Shown here: in pieces, positions 26,466-35,823 of the stretch
How the letters are laid out: every line of letters begins with the position of its first letter
Numbering within the stretch: position 1 is the stretch's first letter
Virus record (IMG/VR): IMGVR_UViG_3300032088_000018
Span: 1 to 43,188 of that record
DNA from: a virus
Lineage: Duplodnaviria; Caudoviricetes
Direction: 5' to 3' (one strand)
Length of the DNA stretch: 43,188 bases
Notes under the pieces: model-generated
Databases searched by the model: none
What the model was told of the DNA's origin: nothing
What the model saw: the letters and a program-made list of their open reading frames with translations, nothing else
Translations under genes and position numbers: made by a program

Positions 26466-27758
26466 ATGAAGCTAGACATGACCCGACTCAAGCAGATTAT
26501 TAAAGAAGAGCTTGATATTGACAGTGCGACCCTTATCGAGGAGCCAGAGCCCTTGGAAGAGAAGAGTATTATGAAAAATAAATATCCTTTTAAGGCTATC
26601 TTTATTTTCGGTCCTGCTGGTGCAGGTAAATCTTTTCTTTCAAAGCAGATTGGGATTCCAAAAGATTTTGTTGTTTCAAATCCTGATGAAAGAATCGAAT
26701 CCGTATTCCCCGCTTTTGGATTGAGTATGGATTTTAGTCAGGGAACATTCGAAAAGGGCAAAGAAAAGGAATCTAGCCCGATTGCCAAGGCGCAGCAGAC
26801 CGCAAGAGAGGTGCTTCAAAACGCAGAGCAGGGGCACACAGCAAACATGCTTGCCATTGCAAATCCTATCGTTTTTGATACGACGGGCGAGAATGTCAAG
26901 AAGATGACAAAGAGAATCCAGTCTTTAATGAAGGTGGGATACGATGTGGCAGTTTTCATGGTCAATGTCCCGACTGATGTCTCTGTTGACAGAGACCAGA
27001 AGAGAAAGAGGACTGTTGGCGAGCCCACAAAATCCATCTCATCACAATATCAGCGTGAAGTTGTTAAGGAAAGAAAGTATTTTGAACTACTTTCGGGACT
27101 TGAGTTCGCAGACATTCTAGGTGGGGATATTTATGCAAACCTCTTTGACCTGAGAACGGGAGAAAAACTTAGTGGCATCACTGATGAGCATGTGGCAGCA
27201 ATGAAGACAAAAGATGGAAAGCCGTTTACCGCTGAATACGCACAGTCTCTACTCGACCAAGCCCGCTCAGATTTGAGCGCTTGGATGACCTCCGAGCCCA
27301 AGAACCCTACTGGCAAGACAATCTTGACGGGCATGAGGGCTTTGGTAAAAGATTCGGGCGGCAAGCTGGGACAAAATATGTTGCAGATTGGACCAGCAGT
27401 TCAAGCTGGTGTAACTACAAACTCGGCTGTCATCGCCGCTGCAAAGAAGCTTGCAGACCTTGGCGGAGCATCAAGCGCACTTGCCTCAACGCAGCGAGGC
27501 AAGAAAAACGCAGGCGAAAAGTTTGGCGTAGAAGACCCAGGCATTCGAGCCATGACTGGTGGACCCAGCGGCAGCCGAAAAAATTCTTTTGAAAAAGAAA
27601 GAGCAGCCGATATAAAGTCTTCTCGTAACAAGTACACCCAAGATGGCGACAAGAACGCCATGAAAGCCAGGAACAAGTCAATCTCAAGCCGTAATAAACT
27701 TGAAGAGGCTATCGCAAAGAAGATTGAAACCCTTCTCAGAAATAAAATGAAAAAATGA
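26466..27758 (+). CDS. P-loop kinase (zeta-toxin/AAA_33-like) with N-terminal acidic leader
   Basis: KAIFIFGPAGAGKS (Walker A), VSNPD, IVFDTTG and FMVNVP.DVSVDRDQKRKR. Leader MKLDMTRLKQIIKEEL. Confidence 0.72.
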   Translation: MKLDMTRLKQIIKEELDIDSATLIEEPEPLEEKSIMKNKYPFKAIFIFGPAGAGKSFLSKQIGIPKDFVVSNPDERIESVFPAFGLSMDFSQGTFEKGKEKESSPIAKAQQTAREVLQNAEQGHTANMLAIANPIVFDTTGENVKKMTKRIQSLMKVGYDVAVFMVNVPTDVSVDRDQKRKRTVGEPTKSISSQYQREVVKERKYFELLSGLEFADILGGDIYANLFDLRTGEKLSGITDEHVAAMKTKDGKPFTAEYAQSLLDQARSDLSAWMTSEPKNPTGKTILTGMRALVKDSGGKLGQNMLQIGPAVQAGVTTNSAVIAAAKKLADLGGASSALASTQRGKKNAGEKFGVEDPGIRAMTGGPSGSRKNSFEKERAADIKSSRNKYTQDGDKNAMKARNKSISSRNKLEEAIAKKIETLLRNKMKK

Positions 27759-27759
27759 G

Positions 27760-28035
27760 ATGTCGGATTATCGGTTAACAGCCATAACAGAGTTTCTTAA
27801 GACACTTTTGGGCGACCCCCGCTGCATTAATATTGCAGACAATGTGGTCCATTGTGAGAAATTATTTATGGTTAACGGAATAATGAAATGGTTGTACAAT
27901 AAATTATCGTCAGAAGAGATTGATATTGACTCAATGAAGGAATACCTTCTACTTATTAATGAGTACCTAGACAACAATATTGAGTTGTCTTGGGAACATG
28001 GCGAATTATCTTATATTAAAAAGGAGACTTACTAA
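27760..28035 (+). CDS. Hypothetical protein (91 aa)
   Basis: Tightly packed ORF between the kinase and clpP. Confidence 0.6.
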   Translation: MSDYRLTAITEFLKTLLGDPRCINIADNVVHCEKLFMVNGIMKWLYNKLSSEEIDIDSMKEYLLLINEYLDNNIELSWEHGELSYIKKETY

Positions 28036-28036
28036 A

Positions 28037-28765
28037 ATGCCTAGGAAGAAGAAAGCAGACGAAGAAAAAGCAGTCGAAGAAGTAGCAACTTCTCAGGACG
28101 ACAGCGTTGAAGAAGAAGTTGAAGAGAGTGGGGACAATCAAAAGTCAATTATCATGCTGCCCCCTCTTATGGACTTGCTCGGCGGAGGGTCAGGCAGGGA
28201 CAAGAAGATTCGCACAATCGGATTGATTGGGGATGTAACAGAAGAGAAGGCTAGCGATGTCATTTATGGCTTGTTGACTCTGCGTGAAACTGGTGTACGA
28301 CAAGAGTTGGAAGACCCCACTGACCCTAACTCAGAAATCGTTGAGACATGTGAGCCAATGGAGATGATTATCTCTACTTACGGCGGCTCAGCAATGGACA
28401 TGTTTGGCATTCATGATATGATGCGAAATGTGCGTGAGGATTGCGAGATTCACACCGTAGGCATCGGCAAAGTCATGTCCGCAGGCGTACTCATTCTTGC
28501 TTCGGGAACGAAGGGCAAGAGAAGAATCGGCAAGAACTGCCGTGTAATGATTCACTCAGTCGTGGGTGGTACACATGGTGCGATGCACAACCTTGAAAAC
28601 GAGATGGATGAAATTCGCTGGATACAAGAGAGGTATATTGAAACTCTTGTTCGTGAGTCAGACATGACAAAGGCTATGGTTCGCAAGATGCTTAATAGAA
28701 AAGTTAATATTTATCTCACTGCTGAGCAAGCGGTAGAGTACGGAATTGCAGACGAGGTATTTTAA
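28037..28765 (+). CDS. clpP: ClpP-family protease
   Basis: ISTYGGS, GIGKVMSAG (Ser nucleophile), RVMIHS (His) and YLTAEQAVEYGIADEV. Start ATG 28037 after AAGGAG. Confidence 0.9.
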   Translation: MPRKKKADEEKAVEEVATSQDDSVEEEVEESGDNQKSIIMLPPLMDLLGGGSGRDKKIRTIGLIGDVTEEKASDVIYGLLTLRETGVRQELEDPTDPNSEIVETCEPMEMIISTYGGSAMDMFGIHDMMRNVREDCEIHTVGIGKVMSAGVLILASGTKGKRRIGKNCRVMIHSVVGGTHGAMHNLENEMDEIRWIQERYIETLVRESDMTKAMVRKMLNRKVNIYLTAEQAVEYGIADEVF

Positions 28766-28768
28766 ACA

Positions 28769-30427
28769 ATGGCTAACTGGAACTTGTTGGTTGAGAATTA
28801 TTTTTCCAAGAAAGATATTCTAACCTTAGATAAGATTGATGACTTGGTGCTTGAGGTCTTGAAGGAGTCTACGACTCTTTATGAGAGCAATAGAGGCGTC
28901 GCACATCAATCCAAGATGGGCGCAGTAATCACAGATGAGTCTGGGAATAAGCTGATGCTATCTTCTTTTAGTTTCCTTGAAGTTGGAGACAGGTCCGAAG
29001 TTGAACTTGAACTCAAAGACGATAACGGTGAGCCTGTGCTGAAGGTTGGTGATGAAATTAAGGATACCAAAACTCTCGTAGCCGTTACCGATGAACTCAC
29101 AAAGGATTCAGAAGTTCTCTATAGGCATCCAGAAAAGCTTACCAATGCAGTCAAAGCGGTAATCATTGTTTTCGCCGAAGACGGTAAAAAGTCTTTCATA
29201 AAATATACTAAGAACAGTCCTTTTTGGCAGGAAAAAGATTTTACACTGAAAACTGGCTATGCCTTTTCAGGAACTCAATCGTCAAAAGAGATTCTTGATG
29301 TTGGACCAGACCTTTTCATCAATCCATCCAAGATAAGACCCGTGACGCAACTGCCATCTGCATTGTCAAGTGATGTTCTGAATAAGATAGGTGATAATAA
29401 ACTCGCAAAGAGTTTGATTGAGTATCTCAAAGCTGCTGTTGGCGGCAGTGGACAACTGCCCCTCCTAAAATTTGATTCAGAGGAGAGCAGGAAAAAATAT
29501 CTGCCCTCGATTTATAAGTATTTTTCAGAAGTTGTGGGTCCAATATTCCTGGCAACCAAAAATGCAAGGTTTTTAACAGGACCAATTGACGAAGCAGAGA
29601 AAGCATTATTAGAACCCTACGACATCAAGGGCTTTACAGCTAACGAGGGAATCTATTACCCGACCTCAAAGACCGAGAAGTTAAAAGACAGTGTACTTGC
29701 TTTTGGCGAACAAGAAGTCTATGTCAGTTCAAAAGCAAAGTCTGGCGCAAACCCAAGTCTTGCCGAGCTTTACAAAGGTCTGAACAGTCTCTCCGCCGAA
29801 GACAAGGTTGCACTGGTAGGACAATTTGGACCAGGCAATGCGCTAAACATTTACAACAATGGCGCAGAGGGAGCCCTCGGTATTATAGAAATTTTAGCAG
29901 ACAAGAGATACACCTACGCCACTATGCCATTCGAAGCGGCAAAGTCACTCGGTTTCCCGCAGCCTGCTGCAAGCTGGGATGCTGCGAAAGAACTGATGAA
30001 AACCATGGTGAAAAACAGGTGGAAACCCAATACTTGGGCAGAAATTGTTAAAGCAAATCCACAGGTCGTGCAGGAGTTGAGGAAATATAAGAAAAACCTC
30101 AACGCCGACACTACTAAGCCAAATTACAGAGAGGCACTACATATTCTTGCTGGTTTAGCGATTGAGGTCCAAAACATGGTCAATAGCTCAGGCGAAATTA
30201 CAAGGTTTGCAAAGGCGATGTATAACAGGTTCCCTTTGGTTCAGATTTATGCGAAGCAGGGTGCCTACAAGCCAACAACGGCAAAAGACGGCTCCCCTGC
30301 CTTAGAGTCTGCCCCACTTAAACTAATTTACCCAGCACAGTTCAACGGCGAAATATTTATTGACGCCAAAAAGAATTATTTCGCTACAGGCAACAAGGGT
30401 AAGATGACTATAAAGATAGTCTACTAA
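28769..30427 (+). CDS. Hypothetical 552-aa protein, possible PD-(D/E)xK-like nuclease core
   Basis: YPTSKTEKLKDSVL...VYVSSKAKSG weakly resembles a D...xSxK nuclease motif. N-terminus WNLLVENYF resembles the leader family. Confidence 0.55.
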   Translation: MANWNLLVENYFSKKDILTLDKIDDLVLEVLKESTTLYESNRGVAHQSKMGAVITDESGNKLMLSSFSFLEVGDRSEVELELKDDNGEPVLKVGDEIKDTKTLVAVTDELTKDSEVLYRHPEKLTNAVKAVIIVFAEDGKKSFIKYTKNSPFWQEKDFTLKTGYAFSGTQSSKEILDVGPDLFINPSKIRPVTQLPSALSSDVLNKIGDNKLAKSLIEYLKAAVGGSGQLPLLKFDSEESRKKYLPSIYKYFSEVVGPIFLATKNARFLTGPIDEAEKALLEPYDIKGFTANEGIYYPTSKTEKLKDSVLAFGEQEVYVSSKAKSGANPSLAELYKGLNSLSAEDKVALVGQFGPGNALNIYNNGAEGALGIIEILADKRYTYATMPFEAAKSLGFPQPAASWDAAKELMKTMVKNRWKPNTWAEIVKANPQVVQELRKYKKNLNADTTKPNYREALHILAGLAIEVQNMVNSSGEITRFAKAMYNRFPLVQIYAKQGAYKPTTAKDGSPALESAPLKLIYPAQFNGEIFIDAKKNYFATGNKGKMTIKIVY

Positions 30428-30435
30428 AATAATCC

Positions 30436-30464
30436 TTTACAAGCGTCTCAACTTGTGTTATATT
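30436..30464 (+). promoter_or_regulatory. sigma70-type promoter for groEL
   Basis: TTTACA-17 nt-TATATT with extended TG. Confidence 0.7.
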
Positions 30465-30495
30465 GTACATACTTAAAATATCTACTGGAGGATAA

Positions 30496-32076
30496 ATGAG
30501 CAAGGTATATGATTCTAACCTATCGTTAATTAAAAAAATCGCTACAGGTGTCAACAGTTTGGCTGACAATGTAGGCGCAACACTTGGACCAAAAGGTCGC
30601 AATGTTATTTTACAAAAGGCTGGAGAAAGACCAGTCATTACAAAGGACGGCGTAACTGTTGCATCTTTTGTTTCCTTTGAAGACCCCTTTGAGAATCTCG
30701 GTGCTCAGGTCGTCAAGCAAGCCTCACAGGTCACTGCCGACGAAGCTGGCGACGGCACGACGACATCTACAATGGTTGCTAGGGGCATCGTCGAGGGTGC
30801 CACGAGACACTTGATTGCTGGAGTCTCCCCTGTAGAAATCAAGAGAGGTATTGACAAGACTACAGAATCTCTTCTGGAGCACCTCTCTGACGAGGCAACA
30901 CCCCTTAAATCTTTCGAGCAAGTTAACCATGTTGCAGTTGTTTCTGCTAATGGTGACCAGAAGCTCGGTGGCTTAATTGCTCAAGCGGTCGACCAAGTTG
31001 GGAAACACGGTGCGATTACAATTGAACCAGCCAACTCTCATGAAACAACGCTTGAACTTATCGAAGGGTTCCAGTTCGATGCTGGGTATTTATCAAATAC
31101 TTTCGTCACTGATAGGCGTCGATGGACAATGCGACAAGAAAACGCACTGGTCTTGGTTTACGATGGAACTATCTCAGCAGTGGAAGAGATTTTCCCAGTT
31201 CTTCAGATTGTGGCGAGGGAAGGGCGAGCACTGACTGTAGTCGCAGAGGATGTAAAGGACCAAGCTCTTGCAGCTTTGATTGCTAATGTCTCTCGTGGCT
31301 CAATGAAAGTCGCAGCAATTAAAGCCCCAGGATATGGCGAAGAGCGCCGAGCCTGTCTATCAGACTTGGCTTTATCGACTGGTGCGACATTCATCGGTCC
31401 AGCCAACGGAGTTACGCTGACAAATACTAAGTTAAGTGACCTGGGTACATGCGCAACCATCGAGGCAAAGAAGAATTGGTCAACTTTCGTCGGCGGCAAG
31501 GGCGACGGCGATGCAATTGAGCAAAGAATTGAAGAGTTAAAAGAAGAAATCAAGCAAACTCCTTCAATGAAAGAATGTGAAGCGATTCAGAGAAGAATTA
31601 ATCGACTCGCCAGTGGAATTGGAATCATTAAGGTTGGCGGCACAACTGAGGTTGAAATGATGGAAGCCTTGCACAGGGCTGACGATGCCCTTAAGGCGGT
31701 TAAGTCTGCTCAAGAGCAGGGTGTTACCCTTGGCGGCGGCATGGCTCTCCTAAGAGCAGCCGTGGCAGTTGAGGCGACCCCTACGACAGCACTTACCCAA
31801 GCCGAGCTTGTTGGGCGTCAGATTGTTATTGATGCATGTAAGGAACCAATCCGCCAGATGTGTGCCAACGCAGGTACCTCCGCTGATGTCATGATTAAAA
31901 CCTTGACAGAGGTCGACGACGGCTACGGTTACGACTTCGCAACTAGCACTGTAGTTAATATGCTGGAGTCTGGAATTATTGACCCAGTAAAAGTAACAAA
32001 AACTGCCCTTACGAATGCTGTGTCCGCAGCAGGGATACTTATTACAACTTCTCACGGGATTGTCGAGATAAATTGA
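30496..32076 (+). CDS. groEL: Chaperonin GroEL
   Basis: TLGPKGRNV, ITKDGVTVA, AGDGTTT, KAPGYGE, GGGMALL and GIIDPVKV. No GGM tail. Confidence 0.95.
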   Translation: MSKVYDSNLSLIKKIATGVNSLADNVGATLGPKGRNVILQKAGERPVITKDGVTVASFVSFEDPFENLGAQVVKQASQVTADEAGDGTTTSTMVARGIVEGATRHLIAGVSPVEIKRGIDKTTESLLEHLSDEATPLKSFEQVNHVAVVSANGDQKLGGLIAQAVDQVGKHGAITIEPANSHETTLELIEGFQFDAGYLSNTFVTDRRRWTMRQENALVLVYDGTISAVEEIFPVLQIVAREGRALTVVAEDVKDQALAALIANVSRGSMKVAAIKAPGYGEERRACLSDLALSTGATFIGPANGVTLTNTKLSDLGTCATIEAKKNWSTFVGGKGDGDAIEQRIEELKEEIKQTPSMKECEAIQRRINRLASGIGIIKVGGTTEVEMMEALHRADDALKAVKSAQEQGVTLGGGMALLRAAVAVEATPTTALTQAELVGRQIVIDACKEPIRQMCANAGTSADVMIKTLTEVDDGYGYDFATSTVVNMLESGIIDPVKVTKTALTNAVSAAGILITTSHGIVEIN

Positions 32077-32086
32077 TGACCTTGTA

Positions 32087-32094
32087 ACTATTTA
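32087..32094 (+). promoter_or_regulatory. Candidate late promoter ACTATTTA
   Basis: Octamer in the intergenic gap 45 nt upstream of ATG 32140. Confidence 0.55.
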
Positions 32095-32139
32095 CTCAGG
32101 AATGAGGGTTACTAATCATTCGTTTGGGAGGTAGTAAAT

Positions 32140-32589
32140 ATGAAGGATAATATGAACGAGGAGAGTCACATCTCTCAGCAATTATCAGAAGTGTTGCGCC
32201 AACTTGGTAACATGCGTGAGGAAGTCGGAGATGTGCGTGAGCAGGTCGACGCCACCAAGAGCCATCCTTCTCAAAATGGTGGATGGGATGGGCTCATGGA
32301 GCTTGTCAAGAAGACAAACGACCACCTTGAGAAGATTGACCAACGCTTGGATGTGATGGAGCACACTTTGAATAATCCCCAGGAAGGGGCGATTGCACAG
32401 GTAAAAGAGTTGAGAGAGTGGAGAGAGCGAGCCAACGCAACTCTCGATGGAAACCGAATGCAGGATGAGCGACTCCTTCGCTTGGAATTGCAACTACAAA
32501 TCTACAATAAGGTCACTTGGGCAATCGGTCTTGGTGTATTGGGCTTGCTTGTCAAGGCTTTTATGTCACTTATCGTACCAGGAGCTTGA
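32140..32589 (+). CDS. Coiled-coil protein with C-terminal transmembrane helix (holin/XhlA-like)
   Basis: Heptad-rich body ending in VTWAIGLGVLGLLVKAFMSLI. Confidence 0.55.
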   Translation: MKDNMNEESHISQQLSEVLRQLGNMREEVGDVREQVDATKSHPSQNGGWDGLMELVKKTNDHLEKIDQRLDVMEHTLNNPQEGAIAQVKELREWRERANATLDGNRMQDERLLRLELQLQIYNKVTWAIGLGVLGLLVKAFMSLIVPGA

Positions 32590-32617
32590 AATATTAAATA
32601 AAAAGCTAACTTTTCCC

Positions 32618-32646
32618 TTGACAAGTACTGTCGATAATGGTATATT
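32618..32646 (+). promoter_or_regulatory. sigma70-type promoter (no substantial ORF directly downstream)
   Basis: TTGACA-17 nt-TATATT with extended TG. Confidence 0.75.
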
Positions 32647-32724
32647 ATGTATGTTGGATGGGAGAGTTGTCTAAGTAATAGATGAACAAGCCGATATTAG
32701 CGGCAAAAAAAGTTCAAATAAAGC

Positions 32725-32753
32725 TTGACAAATAAGGTCACTTAGGCTATATT
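32725..32753 (+). promoter_or_regulatory. sigma70-type promoter
   Basis: TTGACA-17 nt-TATATT with an A-tract upstream and a GGAGG RBS downstream. Confidence 0.8.
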
Positions 32754-32779
32754 TAGTATGTGAGATGGAGGTTTTACTG

Positions 32780-33559
32780 ATGAGCACACTTCGTAAAAGA
32801 CTTGAGACGCTTGTTGCCAACCCTAGGCTTAAAGCTAGCGGTCGTGACTTGCAGTTTGCAGAGTCACTTCTGGCATATTATGAACGCACTGGTCGCCTCA
32901 CCAGCGGTCGCCGTACTTGGATTGATAAGCTGGAAGCAAAGTATGCTGCCGATGCTCCTGACTTGAGCGACCAAACGCTTGGTTCCCGCATCGATGCAGT
33001 CATGCCGTTGACTGACCCGAGGTCGTGGGACCGTGGTTTCCTTGAGAGCTTGCAGGAGCAAAACCGAACTCGTGGCAGCCTCAGCGCCCGCCAGATTCAG
33101 ATTCTAGAGAAGATTGAAGACAATCATTCCGAAGAAGTCATCGCCCGTCGAGCTACTTGGGCGGATGACTATGATGCTGTCCGTGCTGAGCGCATGAAAG
33201 TGGCTGCTGCATATTATGCCGCCAACCCTCCGTACTTTGGTGACCTTGCTCACAGTGTCTTAAATGTTGATGGCTTCGTCCCGACCGAAAAGCAGTACCG
33301 CTCGCTGACTGAGAACAAGTATGCAGCTAAAGTGATTGCGGCACACTTCGCTGAGCCATCGTTTCCAGTCGGCTCCAAGGTTGAGTGGCGCTCCTCTGCT
33401 GGCGCTCGGTACCGTGGCATGAAGGGCTTTGTGATGAAGGTCAATGCCAAACCAGTCACTAATGCTGCTCGTGGCACCAAGGTATACATGGTCTTGCCCG
33501 TTGGAGCAGCGGTCCCCGTCTTCGCTGAAGAGCGACACCTCAAACGAGGTCGATTCTAA
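32780..33559 (+). CDS. Early hypothetical protein (C-terminal SH3/KOW-like barrel)
   Basis: ATG 32780 follows GGAGG; 32765 is the alternative start. Two FxESL..Q/Y....G.LS/T repeats, then FPVGSKVEW... Confidence 0.7.
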   Translation: MSTLRKRLETLVANPRLKASGRDLQFAESLLAYYERTGRLTSGRRTWIDKLEAKYAADAPDLSDQTLGSRIDAVMPLTDPRSWDRGFLESLQEQNRTRGSLSARQIQILEKIEDNHSEEVIARRATWADDYDAVRAERMKVAAAYYAANPPYFGDLAHSVLNVDGFVPTEKQYRSLTENKYAAKVIAAHFAEPSFPVGSKVEWRSSAGARYRGMKGFVMKVNAKPVTNAARGTKVYMVLPVGAAVPVFAEERHLKRGRF

Positions 33560-33572
33560 ATAAAATTATTGA

Positions 33573-33601
33573 TTAACAGTATGCACCATAGGGTGTATAC
33601 T
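33573..33601 (+). promoter_or_regulatory. sigma70-type promoter
   Basis: TTAACA-17 nt-TATACT. Confidence 0.6.
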
Positions 33602-33639
33602 TGTATATAAATATAAATATAGTTTTGGAGTAAAACCAA

Positions 33640-34086
33640 ATGCGAGTAAACATACAATACACGGTAGAGGTGGAGCAGATTCCCGAAGAGATGAAAAAGC
33701 TCTTGGAATATTCAGTTGTCCGCCAACTTAGAGAAGCAGCAGATAGGGTTCATCGTATGGACACCGCAGCGGCTTACCAGTCGCTACTATCTGAGATAGA
33801 GTCGATAAGGGAACTCTTGTTGCAGTCCGATGAACGACTTTCAGATGTTGAAGGTATCATGAGGGGCTATCATGCTCAGCAAACATCTCAGGTTTACCCT
33901 GAAGCTGACCCAGTGGCTACCCCTACAGGTGTCGACCCGCCAACTCAGCTACCAGTTGACGAATCTTCAATGGGAGTGATTCAAGCCCGTTTGGCTGAAC
34001 ATAAAATGGAGACCGATGCCCTCAAGAGGACATTCCAAAACTGGGGCGCAGGTGACGACTCTGCTGATGAAGAGGGGGACAAATGA
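33640..34086 (+). CDS. Hypothetical coiled-coil protein
   Basis: GGAG RBS. First gene of a translationally coupled run. Confidence 0.7.
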   Translation: MRVNIQYTVEVEQIPEEMKKLLEYSVVRQLREAADRVHRMDTAAAYQSLLSEIESIRELLLQSDERLSDVEGIMRGYHAQQTSQVYPEADPVATPTGVDPPTQLPVDESSMGVIQARLAEHKMETDALKRTFQNWGAGDDSADEEGDK

Positions 34087-34352
34087 TTACCTCTGATTAT
34101 GTAGAAAAAGGAAGACTAGTTTATATTCCATCGGGCTCAACACTGATAGTTCGTGATGATGATGCAACGGGTTTTTATGTAGAGCGCTATGTAAAAATAG
34201 AAAAGCCAGCAAATTGTATAATCATGTCGAGCGAGGTAAAGAATAATTTGTGTGAGATTTTATACTGTGGAAAATTGTGGCATGTTAAAGTTTCTGAAGC
34301 ATACGCAGTGTATGGTGAAGATTATAAAGTAAAAGGAGAAAGCGCATGTTAG
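34083..34352 (+). CDS. Hypothetical protein
   Basis: ATGA-coupled to the upstream ORF. Confidence 0.62.
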   Translation: MITSDYVEKGRLVYIPSGSTLIVRDDDATGFYVERYVKIEKPANCIIMSSEVKNNLCEILYCGKLWHVKVSEAYAVYGEDYKVKGESAC

Positions 34353-34660
34353 TAACTCTTGTAGAAGTTGTAGAGCAAAGGCAACAATACACAAACTCCG
34401 CCGAGAGGCTAAAAGCTTACAACCTCAGAGAGGTCACAGTTAATCCTGACCATGTTGTATGTTTGCGAGAAGACCATCAGATGTTAAAGATGCTCAGCGA
34501 GGGCTATCTTCCAGAAGATATCGACGGTCGCCAACAGTTCACAAGGTTGTATCTCGACAGGGGTCAGTCTGGTATTGATATTACGGTTGTTGGCAGTGTC
34601 CAGACTGTGAAAGCCAGCCTCGGTGTGAATGCGGGAAATCGTGAGGTGCTCAATGGGTGA
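34346..34660 (+). CDS. Hypothetical protein (FlbD/SwrD-like beta fold possible)
   Basis: AAGGAG RBS. Motif VTVNPDHVVCLRE...ITVVGSVQTV. Confidence 0.6.
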   Translation: MLVTLVEVVEQRQQYTNSAERLKAYNLREVTVNPDHVVCLREDHQMLKMLSEGYLPEDIDGRQQFTRLYLDRGQSGIDITVVGSVQTVKASLGVNAGNREVLNG

Positions 34661-34934
34661 GTCAAGGTTCGAAATCATTGCTTGGGATGGTTGCCCTTGG
34701 TGCGATAAAGCATATGACCTGCTAAAGAGTGGGGGCTATACGGTATCGATGGTCTTGCTGGGGCGGGACAGCCAGCAGCTTAATGAAGCAAAGGCTTTAC
34801 GACAGTGGCAGACTGTCCCGATGGTTACTCAGTATATTACCTCCGACGAAGGCTCCGAGGAAGAGTTTTTTATTGGAGGCTACACGGACTTGTGCTCACA
34901 CTTGAGCGCAAAGGGAGAGAATGAAATTGGCTAA
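34653..34934 (+). CDS. Glutaredoxin
   Basis: CPWC active site, QTVP and FIGGYTDL. ATG 34653 follows GAGG. Confidence 0.88.
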   Translation: MGESRFEIIAWDGCPWCDKAYDLLKSGGYTVSMVLLGRDSQQLNEAKALRQWQTVPMVTQYITSDEGSEEEFFIGGYTDLCSHLSAKGENEIG

Positions 34935-35436
34935 GACGGCAAAGAAGAAAGAAAAGTTTCACTTTGATGTTTCAGGGCTGACACCAGTTGAGTGCACCTT
35001 GCTTAAACAGACAGAGTTCCTAGGCTATCATAATCGAGATGAAGAGGTTGAGTATAGAGAAGGAAAATATCACGGGTCTATGTTTTGGGAGGTTGATGAG
35101 TTCGGCTCAAAAAAGTGGGTTGTCTGCGTTCGAATCGCAGTTGATTGGGAAAAACACTTTGCCGATGGAACCACCAAGCAGGAGCTTTTCGGCAGATGCA
35201 TTGCTCATCTAAATCTTCCGCCAAAGCGAATGAAGTTTCAACGACGCCAAACAAAGCCGAGATATGGGAAGCTGTCCCCAGTGTCTCATTGGATTTATCC
35301 AAAAGAAGAGGACGGTGTAAAATATTTGTCTGCCCTCGTGATTACCGACAAGAAGCGATGCCGTTACTTCTTCGGACAAGGACCAGCAAACCTAACCATG
35401 AAGTCTGTCAGAAGAATGCGACAGAAGAGGGATTAG
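34921..35436 (+). CDS. Hypothetical basic protein
   Basis: GGGAG RBS and overlap with the end of the glutaredoxin gene. Confidence 0.65.
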   Translation: MKLAKTAKKKEKFHFDVSGLTPVECTLLKQTEFLGYHNRDEEVEYREGKYHGSMFWEVDEFGSKKWVVCVRIAVDWEKHFADGTTKQELFGRCIAHLNLPPKRMKFQRRQTKPRYGKLSPVSHWIYPKEEDGVKYLSALVITDKKRCRYFFGQGPANLTMKSVRRMRQKRD

Positions 35437-35445
35437 AATTAAAAG

Positions 35446-35823
35446 ATGTCAGATGAAAAGCTATATGTTATACCAGCAGGCTCGCTTGAAAAGATAAGAG
35501 AAGAGTTGCTGGAGCTAAAGACCACCTCAAGCTGTCTTTTAAAATACTATGCTGAACTCAGAGAGGTCGATGTGTGGGATGACTCCCCAATCATTCACCT
35601 GTGTGAGCTTTATTGTGGAAGCTCTTCAATGGACGGGCTACTCACGAGCCTCAGCGAAGACCCTGGTGTGGAAGTACCACAGCAGTACTTGGATATGATT
35701 GCAGACGGAGATGTTGTTATCAGCAATGCTGATTATGTCGCTATATTAACACTCTTGGAGTCCTTGAGGAGTCTCAAGTCTAGCACTGCAATCAATTATG
35801 GCATCTCTTTTGAGGTGCACTGA
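35446..35823 (+). CDS. Hypothetical protein
   Basis: Tightly packed ORF coupled to the downstream gene by TGATG. Confidence 0.62.
   Translation: MSDEKLYVIPAGSLEKIREELLELKTTSSCLLKYYAELREVDVWDDSPIIHLCELYCGSSSMDGLLTSLSEDPGVEVPQQYLDMIADGDVVISNADYVAILTLLESLRSLKSSTAINYGISFEVH

Noticed and set aside
33606-33619. Two overlapping TATAAATA (T4 late promoter consensus)
   Set aside because: They lie in an AT-rich tract just downstream of a sigma70 promoter and do not recur before structural genes.
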